35,254 bases of DNA from Eubacteriales bacterium (GTDB taxonomy: Bacteria > Bacillota > Clostridia > Christensenellales > SZUA-584): NCBI GenBank assembly GCA_028711205.1, contig JAQTSP010000001.1, positions 1-35,254 on the forward strand, read 5' to 3'. The translations under genes were made by a program, and so were the position numbers. Below, piece after piece: positions 1-8,893 of the stretch. Below the pieces are notes generated by a model. It did not search any database. It had not been told where the DNA came from and worked only from the letters and a program-made list of their open reading frames with translations. Position 1 is the stretch's first letter; every line of letters begins with the position of its first letter.

Positions 1-1836
1 CCTGTTGAGCGGATGCGCCATCGCGCCCACCCGCTTTCCCGCGGCATCTCTGGAGAGCTCGGTATCCGCGTCAAGCGTGATAACATATTTGATTCCCTGC
101 GGTATATCCTTTGTCACATGGGCAAACGGCGACTCGTCGCCATAAAGAAGCGCGCAGAAATCGAGCAGCGCGCCGCGTTTGCGCTCCCTGCCCGAATATT
201 TCCTTTTGCTTTTGATATATGTCCTTTTACGCTGCGCATAAAAGAAAATTTTCCTGTCGTATTTTTTGTTCAGGGTTTGGGTGAGCGCCTCTGTTTTTTC
301 AATTGTCTCCACGTCCTCGGCCGTGATCTCGTTTTTGTTTTCTTTAAAGTCTGATAAAAGCGCAAAATAAATGTTGTCCTGCTGATTGGCCGCATAGTAA
401 ACCTGCATTTTATCCAGCATGTCCTGCGCATCCTCTGCACATGTGATCAGTGTCGGTACGACCACCATCGTGGCGCAGTCTTTCGTGATGCCCTCACGAA
501 GCGCCATTTTCGGTATAAACGCCGGCCTGGTTAATAGCGCAAATATTTTGTTGCTGACCGCAATGGCCACGCTGTAAATCGGCACAAGGCTGATTAAAAA
601 TCCGAATATACCGTATATGACCGGATACATAAAAAACAAAGATATACAGAGTATCGCCGCGCTGATAACCGTCGAAACCATCGCGCCGCCCACATAAAAT
701 AAGAGCATATGCTTTTTAAAAAAAGAAATGGCCCTTTCTTTGGCGGGCAGCCTTCCGAATTCCTTCATCAGCGTATGCCGTTTTTGCCCGGCAACATAAC
801 TGCCCACATGCTCATCGTTTTTTTTCGCGAGTTTTATGGCCGTTTTGGCCACAGCCGTTTCCGACGCCTTGACGCTTTTGGCCATATCCGCGACACATCG
901 CCTGTAATATTCCCGCGAATCAAAATCCATATTTGTGTAATCTTCGTCCTCGCCTAAGTGTTTATGCACGACAGAAACGCTCTCAAATATTGACTCGAAG
1001 TTGATTTTTGCGAGCAATCTCAGCGACGAGATCGCACCCGAGATATACATGATATATTTGGCCTCATAGGCATGCGCTGTTTTTATCAGCTTATCGACAG
1101 ACAGGTCACGCATGCAGAGCCGGGCATTGATGGCTTCGGTGGCTCTTGCGGCATATGGGTTTTCTCTCAGCTGTGCCATGGCATGCTCTATAAACAACGG
1201 ATTGAAAAGAACATTCTTGTATTCGCCAAGCAGCTGGGCGGACACATCCTTGTCATTTTTTATCTGCGCGCAAAAACTATCCGCCCTGCTTCGCATGTAT
1301 ATGCATTCAACGCTGCGCCGTCCAAGCCCGGCCGCGGCGTACAAAAGCGCAGCTTTCAGCATATCGACAAATATCCAAAGCTCACCCGAATCAAGCCCTG
1401 CCTCTTTCTGGTACGCTTCTAGAAATTCCTGTATGCTGTTCTCGGTGATGTAAAATGAGCTGTGCTTGACGAGTTCTGTTGCAAGCACGAAGCCTCGCGG
1501 ATAATGCGCAAACCGGCCGTTTTTGATATGCGGCAGCTTATACGTGTTTTTATTGAGCTCGATCTGCTTAATTTGTTCGATAAACAAAAACCGGTTGTCA
1601 TAAAACCATTCGGAAATGGCGGGCAGGTCAGCGCCCTTGTCTTTTTTCTGTTTTGCCATATAATAGGCGTTTTCAATATTCCGCCGTACATCATAAAGAC
1701 TTAAATACCCATACTTGAATTTTTTTATATACACCTTGTGAATCAGCGACAAATCGCATGCGTACTTTAACAGCTCCCCGGAAGATAGTTTTAAGTCGTC
1801 TAATACATTCAGCGAAATGCTCCGTAACTTGCGCAT
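1..1836 (-). CDS. N-terminal 612 aa of a large cyclic beta-1,2-glucan synthase-like glycosyltransferase (NdvB/Cgs-type GT domain); the gene continues beyond the left window edge
   Basis: Absent from the ORF track because no stop lies in the window. Hand translation of the minus strand from ATG 1836-1834 (GGAGG 4 nt upstream) is open to position 1: MRKLRSISLNVLDDLKL... It shows hydrophobic TM segments (LLFYVGGAMVSTVISAAILCISLFFMYPVIYGIFGFLISLVPIY), then TMVVVPTLI, GRERKRGALLDF and a DxD motif, YVITLDADTEL. Confidence 0.6.
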   Translation of the reverse strand, partial: MRKLRSISLNVLDDLKLSSGELLKYACDLSLIHKVYIKKFKYGYLSLYDVRRNIENAYYMAKQKKDKGADLPAISEWFYDNRFLFIEQIKQIELNKNTYKLPHIKNGRFAHYPRGFVLATELVKHSSFYITENSIQEFLEAYQKEAGLDSGELWIFVDMLKAALLYAAAGLGRRSVECIYMRSRADSFCAQIKNDKDVSAQLLGEYKNVLFNPLFIEHAMAQLRENPYAARATEAINARLCMRDLSVDKLIKTAHAYEAKYIMYISGAISSLRLLAKINFESIFESVSVVHKHLGEDEDYTNMDFDSREYYRRCVADMAKSVKASETAVAKTAIKLAKKNDEHVGSYVAGQKRHTLMKEFGRLPAKERAISFFKKHMLLFYVGGAMVSTVISAAILCISLFFMYPVIYGIFGFLISLVPIYSVAIAVSNKIFALLTRPAFIPKMALREGITKDCATMVVVPTLITCAEDAQDMLDKMQVYYAANQQDNIYFALLSDFKENKNEITAEDVETIEKTEALTQTLNKKYDRKIFFYAQRKRTYIKSKRKYSGRERKRGALLDFCALLYGDESPFAHVTKDIPQGIKYVITLDADTELSRDAAGKRVGAMAHPLNR

Positions 1837-1894
1837 ATTTCCTCCATTTTTAAAATGTCATGTTACTATTATCTCGCATATAAGCGCTATAAAT

Positions 1895-1936
1895 ACAAAA
1901 AAAGAAGCCTTTGCAAAACAAAAGCTTCTTTTTTAT
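1895..1936 (-). terminator. Rho-independent terminator downstream of rnpB (palindromic, could act in both directions)
   Basis: AAGAAGC (1902-1908) pairs with GCTTCTT (1924-1930), with inner CTTTG/CAAAG pairing. T-runs flank the hairpin on both strands. Confidence 0.6.
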
Positions 1937-1939
1937 TGG

Positions 1940-2283
1940 TTTTGAGACAGGCCTGTAAGCCGAGTTCTGTCGAAAACGGTCATCTATCTACGCCTATAGT
2001 TGCCTATAGGCTCCAGCGATTACATGGGGCGCGGCGGGCAGCCGCATCATGCCCACTATCAATCTTGCACCGGACGGGGTTTACATAGCAGCCAAGTCGC
2101 CAAGGCTCTGGTGAGCTCTTACCTCACCTTTCCACCCTTGCCTGACATACATCAGGCGGTATATCTCTGTTGCACTTTCCTTAGAGTCGCCTCCACCGGG
2201 CGTTACCCGGCGTCCTGCCCTACGGAGCTCGGACTTTCCTCCCGGCACATTTTGTACCGGGCGACCGTTCGGCCTTCTCAAAA
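1940..2283 (-). ncRNA. rnpB: RNase P RNA, bacterial type A
   Basis: The minus strand reads ...GCCGGGAGGAAAGTCCGAGC... (conserved GAGGAAAGUCCG), AGGGTGGAAAGGTGAGGTAAGAGCTCACC, ATGTAAACCCCGTCCGGTGCAAG and GTAGATAGATGACCGTTTTCGACAGAACTCGGCTTACAGG. All are close to the E. coli M1 RNA conserved regions. The P1 helix is TTTTGAGAAGGCC (2283-2271) paired with GGCCTGTCTCAAAA (1953-1940). There is no credible ORF. Confidence 0.88.
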
Positions 2284-2285
2284 TA

Positions 2286-3008
2286 CTACTGCAGATACAA
2301 TATCCTTCCGCAGTTTTCACACTCTATTATTGTATCAGTCTTTTTAATGTTTGCCAAGTCCCTCGACGGCAGTTCCATGTTGCAGCCCATACACCGCCCG
2401 CCCTGCAGAAGCGTGACCGGCATGGGCGTGTTCTTTTTAATACGCTTATATTTTTTCAAAAGCTCTGCGTCTACCTTGGATGCCGCAAGTTCGGCCGCCT
2501 TTCTCAGCTTGTCGAGCTCTTCCGCACCCGCGCGAAGCTCTTCTTCGTGTTTCTTTTTAAGCGTCGCAAAATCTTTTTGCGCCTGGCTCACATGGACCAG
2601 TATATCCTTCAGCTTCGCAGCCGTCTGCTCCGCGTTTTTCTGCACAATGACCGCTCTGCGTTTTTGCTTGACGATGTTTTCATATGTCGTTTCGTACTCA
2701 TGGACAAGGTCTTTTACGACATTATAATCGAGTTCCTCGGGATCCATCTTTTCGTACTCGCCGATATCCTTGTGCTTCTTGTTTAAAAGCTCTATCATCC
2801 TGTCGTACTGCGCCTCGACCTCGGACAACCCGTTTTGCTCGACCAGCGCCTTGTTTTCCATATCACGAAGCGCCTCCTGCTGTTTTTTCAGGTAGCTCTG
2901 CAGTTTAATAAGCTGTTTTCTCGTCGCCGTATTTTTCAGTTTCTTCTCGTAAGCCTCCAACTCGGCATCAGCCTGCTGGTATTCATATAATAAGGCCAGC
3001 TTTTCCAA
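2286..3008 (-). CDS. Coiled-coil / C4 zinc-ribbon protein (COG1579, DUF164 family)
   Basis: 240-aa ORF with a long Lys/Glu-rich coiled coil and a C-terminal CxxC...CxxC (CMGCNMEL...CENCGRILY). TTG start at 3008 preceded by GGGAGGA. It sits downstream of a Nif3 gene, as is typical for this family. Confidence 0.8.
   Translation of the reverse strand: MEKLALLYEYQQADAELEAYEKKLKNTATRKQLIKLQSYLKKQQEALRDMENKALVEQNGLSEVEAQYDRMIELLNKKHKDIGEYEKMDPEELDYNVVKDLVHEYETTYENIVKQKRRAVIVQKNAEQTAAKLKDILVHVSQAQKDFATLKKKHEEELRAGAEELDKLRKAAELAASKVDAELLKKYKRIKKNTPMPVTLLQGGRCMGCNMELPSRDLANIKKTDTIIECENCGRILYLQ
2329..2357 (-). promoter_or_regulatory. Candidate sigma-A promoter for rnpB embedded in the 3' end of the Zn-ribbon CDS
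   Basis: Minus strand TTGGCA (2357-2352), 17 nt spacer, TACAAT (2334-2329). This lies about 45 nt upstream of the predicted mature rnpB 5' end. Confidence 0.4.
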
Positions 3009-3074
3009 ATAATAGTCCTCCCTGCGCCCGTATTAGCACCCCATAAAGCCTGCAGGCTTTTCGGGGACCCCATA

Positions 3075-3863
3075 TTAACAATACTCATATGGCGCTTTTT
3101 CACAGTTGGCTTTTCTCAAGCCTAAATCTAATTGTAACTCATTCAGGCACGATTGTAAACTTATAAATACGTCATGGGTAAAGCCTATCTCCGTAGCGAA
3201 GTGCCCCGCTTCCACCAAAAGAAGGCCTTGGAACCGGGCATCGATAAAATGATGATGCTTTGCTTCGCCTGTGATCAGTGCCTGGGCGCCGTGCGTTTTT
3301 GCCGCCGTCACGAATTCTCCGCCGCTGCCGCCGATGACCGCGACTTTGTCGATTATATCACAGCTCGTCCCGGAAATCTTCAGGGTTTTTATGCCAAGCG
3401 CCTGTTTGACGCGGTCCAAAAACGGCTCTTTGCCGCAAGGTTCCGTCAGGTGTCCCGTGCGCATCAGATCTTCGCCGCATCCTGACACGGTCTCAATCCG
3501 GCAAAGCCCCAGTTTTTCTGCCAAACCGTCGTTGATGCCGCCCTTTGCCCTGTCATATGACGTATGCGCGGCGTATAGCGATACGCCGGATTTAATAAGG
3601 CGCATCAGCAAAGCGTCGGTGGTGATGTTACAGCTTAATGATGTCACAGGCGTAAATATTAGCGGATGATGGCACAGTATCATGTCACAGTCGAACGCAA
3701 CCGCCTCGTCGATAACCGTTTGTGTGACATCAAGCGCGATAAGAACGTTATGAACGCGGCCGGCGCAACGCAGCAGCAGCCCCGTGTTATCCCAGTCGTA
3801 TGCCAGGCACGGCGGCGCGATGGTCTCTATGGCCCGTACAATATCATCTAATGCTACAGACAT
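3075..3863 (-). CDS. Nif3-like dinuclear metal centre protein (YqfO / GTP cyclohydrolase 1 type 2 homologue)
   Basis: 262-aa ORF with NTGLL and CHHPLIF motifs and a C-terminal EAGHFATE. It follows trmK, as in the Bacillus yqfN-yqfO arrangement. Confidence 0.85.
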   Translation of the reverse strand: MSVALDDIVRAIETIAPPCLAYDWDNTGLLLRCAGRVHNVLIALDVTQTVIDEAVAFDCDMILCHHPLIFTPVTSLSCNITTDALLMRLIKSGVSLYAAHTSYDRAKGGINDGLAEKLGLCRIETVSGCGEDLMRTGHLTEPCGKEPFLDRVKQALGIKTLKISGTSCDIIDKVAVIGGSGGEFVTAAKTHGAQALITGEAKHHHFIDARFQGLLLVEAGHFATEIGFTHDVFISLQSCLNELQLDLGLRKANCEKAPYEYC

Positions 3864-4531
3864 TTTTCTATCCCCGCATATTCTTCCAGTCTCTCGTCGA
3901 TCTGATTCAGCAGCTCCATTTTCTTTGACGAATCCGATTTTTCTATCTGCTGGCGGATCTCTTTTGTCTTGTCGATACGCCTTTTTATAAAGTATCTTAA
4001 CACCTTCGGCTTTTTTTCAAGCAGCACAGGCCCAAATTCCAGCGCGATATCCGAAAGCTTTTCAGACTGCCCCTTGAGCGCCAGAATAACAGGATAAAAA
4101 TGCCTGTTCTCAAACACCAACTCCTCGTCTGCGATACGGTAGCCGTTTTCGCATATCCATTGCCGAAGAAGCCCCGACGCCGTGTTGCAGGACAGCACAA
4201 GCGTGTCCGGCGCCTTGTCTTTGTTCGCGTTTAAGATGTCACTGATCAGCTCGCCGCCCATTCCGGCCAGCACCGCGGCGTCCGCTTCACCCGCGGCAAG
4301 CACCTCAAGCCCGTTCCCTTCGCGAAGCGATATGCTTTCTTCAAACCCTTTTGCGTTCTTTCTCGCTTTATCAAGCGACTTCCCGCTGATATCACCGCAG
4401 ATTACATGCTGCGACCTGCCGTTTTTGACAAGCGCAACCGCGACCTTTCCGTGGTCGCATCCAATATCTGCGATCGTTTGCGCGCGCGGCACCATTCGAA
4501 CGATCGTTTTTAGCCTGTTTGATAACATCAT
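3854..4531 (-). CDS. trmK: tRNA (adenine22-N1)-methyltransferase
   Basis: 225-aa ORF. N-terminal LSNRLKTIVRMVP...IADIGCDHGKVAVAL is typical of TrmK/YqfN. RBS AAGGGGG upstream. Its end overlaps the Nif3 start by 10 nt. Confidence 0.8.
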   Translation of the reverse strand: MMLSNRLKTIVRMVPRAQTIADIGCDHGKVAVALVKNGRSQHVICGDISGKSLDKARKNAKGFEESISLREGNGLEVLAAGEADAAVLAGMGGELISDILNANKDKAPDTLVLSCNTASGLLRQWICENGYRIADEELVFENRHFYPVILALKGQSEKLSDIALEFGPVLLEKKPKVLRYFIKRRIDKTKEIRQQIEKSDSSKKMELLNQIDERLEEYAGIEKCL

Positions 4532-4644
4532 TTCCCCCTTATTATCACACCGAAAAGCCTTTTGCTTTTTGTGATCCCCATAATAATAGGCAGCCTGCCA
4601 AAAAAAGACTGCCTCTTTGCATCGTTCATATTGCCAAAACGTCC

Positions 4645-5976
<1,332 letters not shown>

Positions 5977-5988
5977 AATTCGATCACC

Positions 5989-7749
5989 CTATCCTATACC
6001 CTCAATATGGTTTAATTCTTTATCTATCTCGCCTATTTCGGCGAGTAGCTTACGTTTGTTTTCACTCGACGCATCCCGAAGCCCTTCCATCAGCGACTGC
6101 CTTTTTTTCTCCAGCTTTCGCTTCCTCATGTTTGAGATGCAGTCTTTCAAATAAGCCTCCGGATCATCGGCAATTACCTGCATATCCGAAAGCCTTGCGG
6201 CCTCATTTCTGTCTTCTTCGTACTCAAGTTCGGATAATAGTTCGGCATATGTAGGCTGAATTCCTCTTTTTATGCCATCATATAACACAGAAAAAATATT
6301 TCCGTGCGATTTTAGAGAAAAATCGTCGGCACTGATATCATCTATGACATTTTCAACAAAATGCACATTGGCGAGCGCATAGGCCAAAAATGCATCCTCA
6401 GCGTTATCTTTATCGCTTTTTTTAATACTATTATACCTATAATTGTCATTAGTATTCTTAGGTGCATCCTTGTTTTGTATCTGCCCCTGTATCGAGTTTT
6501 GGCTGTATCCCGTTTCTTTTGCAAGTCTTTGCATATACCGTTCCTTTATGATCGGGCTCTCGATTGCAGCGATGATTTTCGTGGCCGCGATCGCGTATCC
6601 TTCCCTGCCGTCTTCCGTCTGCAGATCAAACGAACGTTTCTTCATATCCAGCTTGTATCCGATCGCCGGAACCGCATTCTTAACCTTTTTGGCGAATTCA
6701 CCCAACCCGTTTTTCCTGATAAAGTCGTCGGGATCCATGCCGTCGTCAAAACGTATCACCTTCACGGAATGGCCCTCCGCCGACAGGACGTCGATCGCCT
6801 TCATCGTCGCGATCTCTCCCGCTTCGTCTCCGTCGTACGCCAAAAAAACATCGTGTGCGTACCTCTTTATCAGCATGGCCTGCTCTTTTGTCAGGGCCGT
6901 ACCCAGCGACGCGACAACAGCCCTGACGCCGTGCGCCTGCAGAGACACCACGTCCATATACCCCTCAACGATGACCACGCTCTTTATACTGCGCATCTTT
7001 CTGACAAGATCGAGGCCGTACAGGTTGCGCCGTTTGTTGAAAAGCATGGTTTCCTTCGTGTTCAGATATTTCGGGGTCGTGTCATCAAGCACCCGTCCGC
7101 CGAATGCGATGACATCGCCGAAGGTATTGATGATCGGAAACATCACCCGGTTGCGAAAAGCGTCATAAGTGTTGTTGTTGGTCACCTGGACAAGCCCGCT
7201 TTCTTTGATCAGGCTCTGCGGAAACCCTTTTTGCCTGAGCCTATTAAGAACGTTATCCCATTCGTCCGGCGCGTATCCAAGCCCGAACCTTTTGATGATA
7301 TTTTCTTCGATGCCGCGCTTTTTTAAATAGGCAAGCGCCTGGGCTCCTTTTGGCGTATGCAGCGTATCAAAGTAAAACCTTGCCGCCATCTTGTTCATCT
7401 CTGCGATCTGCTGTCTTTTTTTCTTTATCTCGCTGTAGTCTTTGTCCTCCATCGCGTGCGGCATTTCCATATGCGCGCGCCTGGCAAGCATCTCAATCGC
7501 CTCGCCAAATAAAACATTTTCCGTTTTCATAATAAAATGGGCGACGTTGCCACCCTGTTTGCACCCGAAACAATAGTAAAGCTGCTTGTCCTTACTGACA
7601 GAAAAAGACGGCGTCTTCTCGTTATGAAACGGGCATAGCCCCCAATAGCGCCCGCCGCGTTCGCTCAATGTGGTGTACCCCGATACGACGTCCACGATAT
7701 CGTTTTTTGCATACAGCTCGGAAAGCCATGCGTCAGAAAACCGTGCCAC
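5989..7749 (-). CDS. dnaG: DNA primase
   Basis: 586-aa ORF with a CHC2 zinc finger (CPFHNEKTPSFSVSKDKQLYYCFGC) and a TOPRIM domain (VIVEGYMDV, YDGDEAG). The GTG start overlaps the upstream stop by 1 nt. Confidence 0.95.
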   Translation of the reverse strand: MARFSDAWLSELYAKNDIVDVVSGYTTLSERGGRYWGLCPFHNEKTPSFSVSKDKQLYYCFGCKQGGNVAHFIMKTENVLFGEAIEMLARRAHMEMPHAMEDKDYSEIKKKRQQIAEMNKMAARFYFDTLHTPKGAQALAYLKKRGIEENIIKRFGLGYAPDEWDNVLNRLRQKGFPQSLIKESGLVQVTNNNTYDAFRNRVMFPIINTFGDVIAFGGRVLDDTTPKYLNTKETMLFNKRRNLYGLDLVRKMRSIKSVVIVEGYMDVVSLQAHGVRAVVASLGTALTKEQAMLIKRYAHDVFLAYDGDEAGEIATMKAIDVLSAEGHSVKVIRFDDGMDPDDFIRKNGLGEFAKKVKNAVPAIGYKLDMKKRSFDLQTEDGREGYAIAATKIIAAIESPIIKERYMQRLAKETGYSQNSIQGQIQNKDAPKNTNDNYRYNSIKKSDKDNAEDAFLAYALANVHFVENVIDDISADDFSLKSHGNIFSVLYDGIKRGIQPTYAELLSELEYEEDRNEAARLSDMQVIADDPEAYLKDCISNMRKRKLEKKRQSLMEGLRDASSENKRKLLAEIGEIDKELNHIEGIG

Positions 7750-8753
7750 TAAAATTTATTCCAGCCTTTCGGTATATAGATATCCATAAAGACATTGACC
7801 GCAAACCGGTCCGTCATGCCCGCGATATAGTCGGTGACCGTTTGTTCCAGCCCGAACCGTTCTATGCTTTTGCCCGCGTCCGGCCCCATGTCGCCGGGGG
7901 CGTTCATATAATGCCGGAACAGCATCCGTATCATCATCTCGGCCTTGCTTTCCTGTTCTTTGGCTTTGGAGCCTAGATAGACGTGTTCAAACATAAACTG
8001 CCTCAGCTTTTCCGTCATTTCGTCAATACCGGCCGACATCGTGATCTGCCGCCCGGAGCTGTTCCCCACGATGTCGCGTATCATTGTATTGATGCGGCCG
8101 CTGTGCGTTTCACCAAGAACGCGGGCGCAATCTTCCGGGATCTTATCGATGATACCTGCCCTCAGCGCGTCGTCGATGTCGTGATTGATGTACGCGATAC
8201 GGTCAGCATGGTTGACGACCATGCCCTCCGGCGTCGACGGGGTCAGGTTCTTCTTGTGGTTTAATATACCGTCCCTGACCTCATAGGTCAGGTTCAGCCC
8301 CTCTCCGCCTTCGAGCAGCTCCACAACGCGCAGACTCTGTTCGTTATGCTCAAAATGGCCGGCCAGCTCGTTAAGAACACGCTCGCCCGAATGCCCGAAC
8401 GGCGTATGCCCAAGATCGTGCCCCAAAGCAATGGCCTCCGTCAGATCTTCGTTGAGCAAAAGGCACCGCGATATCGTCCGCGCGATCTGCGATACCTCGA
8501 GAGTATGCGTCAGCCGCGTGCGGTAGTGGTCGCCTTCGGGCGATAAAAACACCTGCGTCTTATGCTTGAGGCGCCTGAAAGACTTGCAGTGTATGATCCT
8601 GTCCCTGTCACGCTGAAAAACGGTGCGCATCGGGCACGGCTCAAGATACCTTTCCCTGCCCTTCGATGCCGCCGCTTTCGTGGCAAACCCGGATAAAATA
8701 TCGTATTCACGCTTTTCATATTTTTCTCTGAAGAAAATATCCTTATTATCCAT
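7749..8753 (-). CDS. dGTPase-like HD-domain dNTP triphosphohydrolase
   Basis: 334-aa ORF with FQRDRDRIIHC, RLTHTLEVSQIAR and HDLGHTPFGH motifs. Confidence 0.85.
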   Translation of the reverse strand: MDNKDIFFREKYEKREYDILSGFATKAAASKGRERYLEPCPMRTVFQRDRDRIIHCKSFRRLKHKTQVFLSPEGDHYRTRLTHTLEVSQIARTISRCLLLNEDLTEAIALGHDLGHTPFGHSGERVLNELAGHFEHNEQSLRVVELLEGGEGLNLTYEVRDGILNHKKNLTPSTPEGMVVNHADRIAYINHDIDDALRAGIIDKIPEDCARVLGETHSGRINTMIRDIVGNSSGRQITMSAGIDEMTEKLRQFMFEHVYLGSKAKEQESKAEMMIRMLFRHYMNAPGDMGPDAGKSIERFGLEQTVTDYIAGMTDRFAVNVFMDIYIPKGWNKF

Positions 8754-8841
8754 ACGTATAATTTAAACAAATAATCAAAAAATCCTGCATTTTGATAATA
8801 CTCACTTTTCGTGTATGTGATACAAACCAAAAAACACGCGC

Positions 8842-8872
8842 ACAAAAAGAGGCAAGGGGCTTGCCTTGCCTC
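8842..8872 (-). terminator. Rho-independent terminator after ppdK
   Basis: Perfect 9-bp stem GAGGCAAGG/CCTTGCCTC (8849-8872) with a 6-nt loop, followed on the minus strand by TTTTTGTG. Confidence 0.65.
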
Positions 8873-8893
8873 ATGTGAATCAAACAAATATGC

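Noticed and set aside
1855-2347. ORFs 1855-2088 (+), 2000-2347 (+) and 2081-2320 (-) in the gap after the Zn-ribbon gene.
   Set aside because: The region is explained by RNase P RNA, with conserved GAGGAAAGUCCG, ACAGAAC and P1 pairing. The ORF translations look random.
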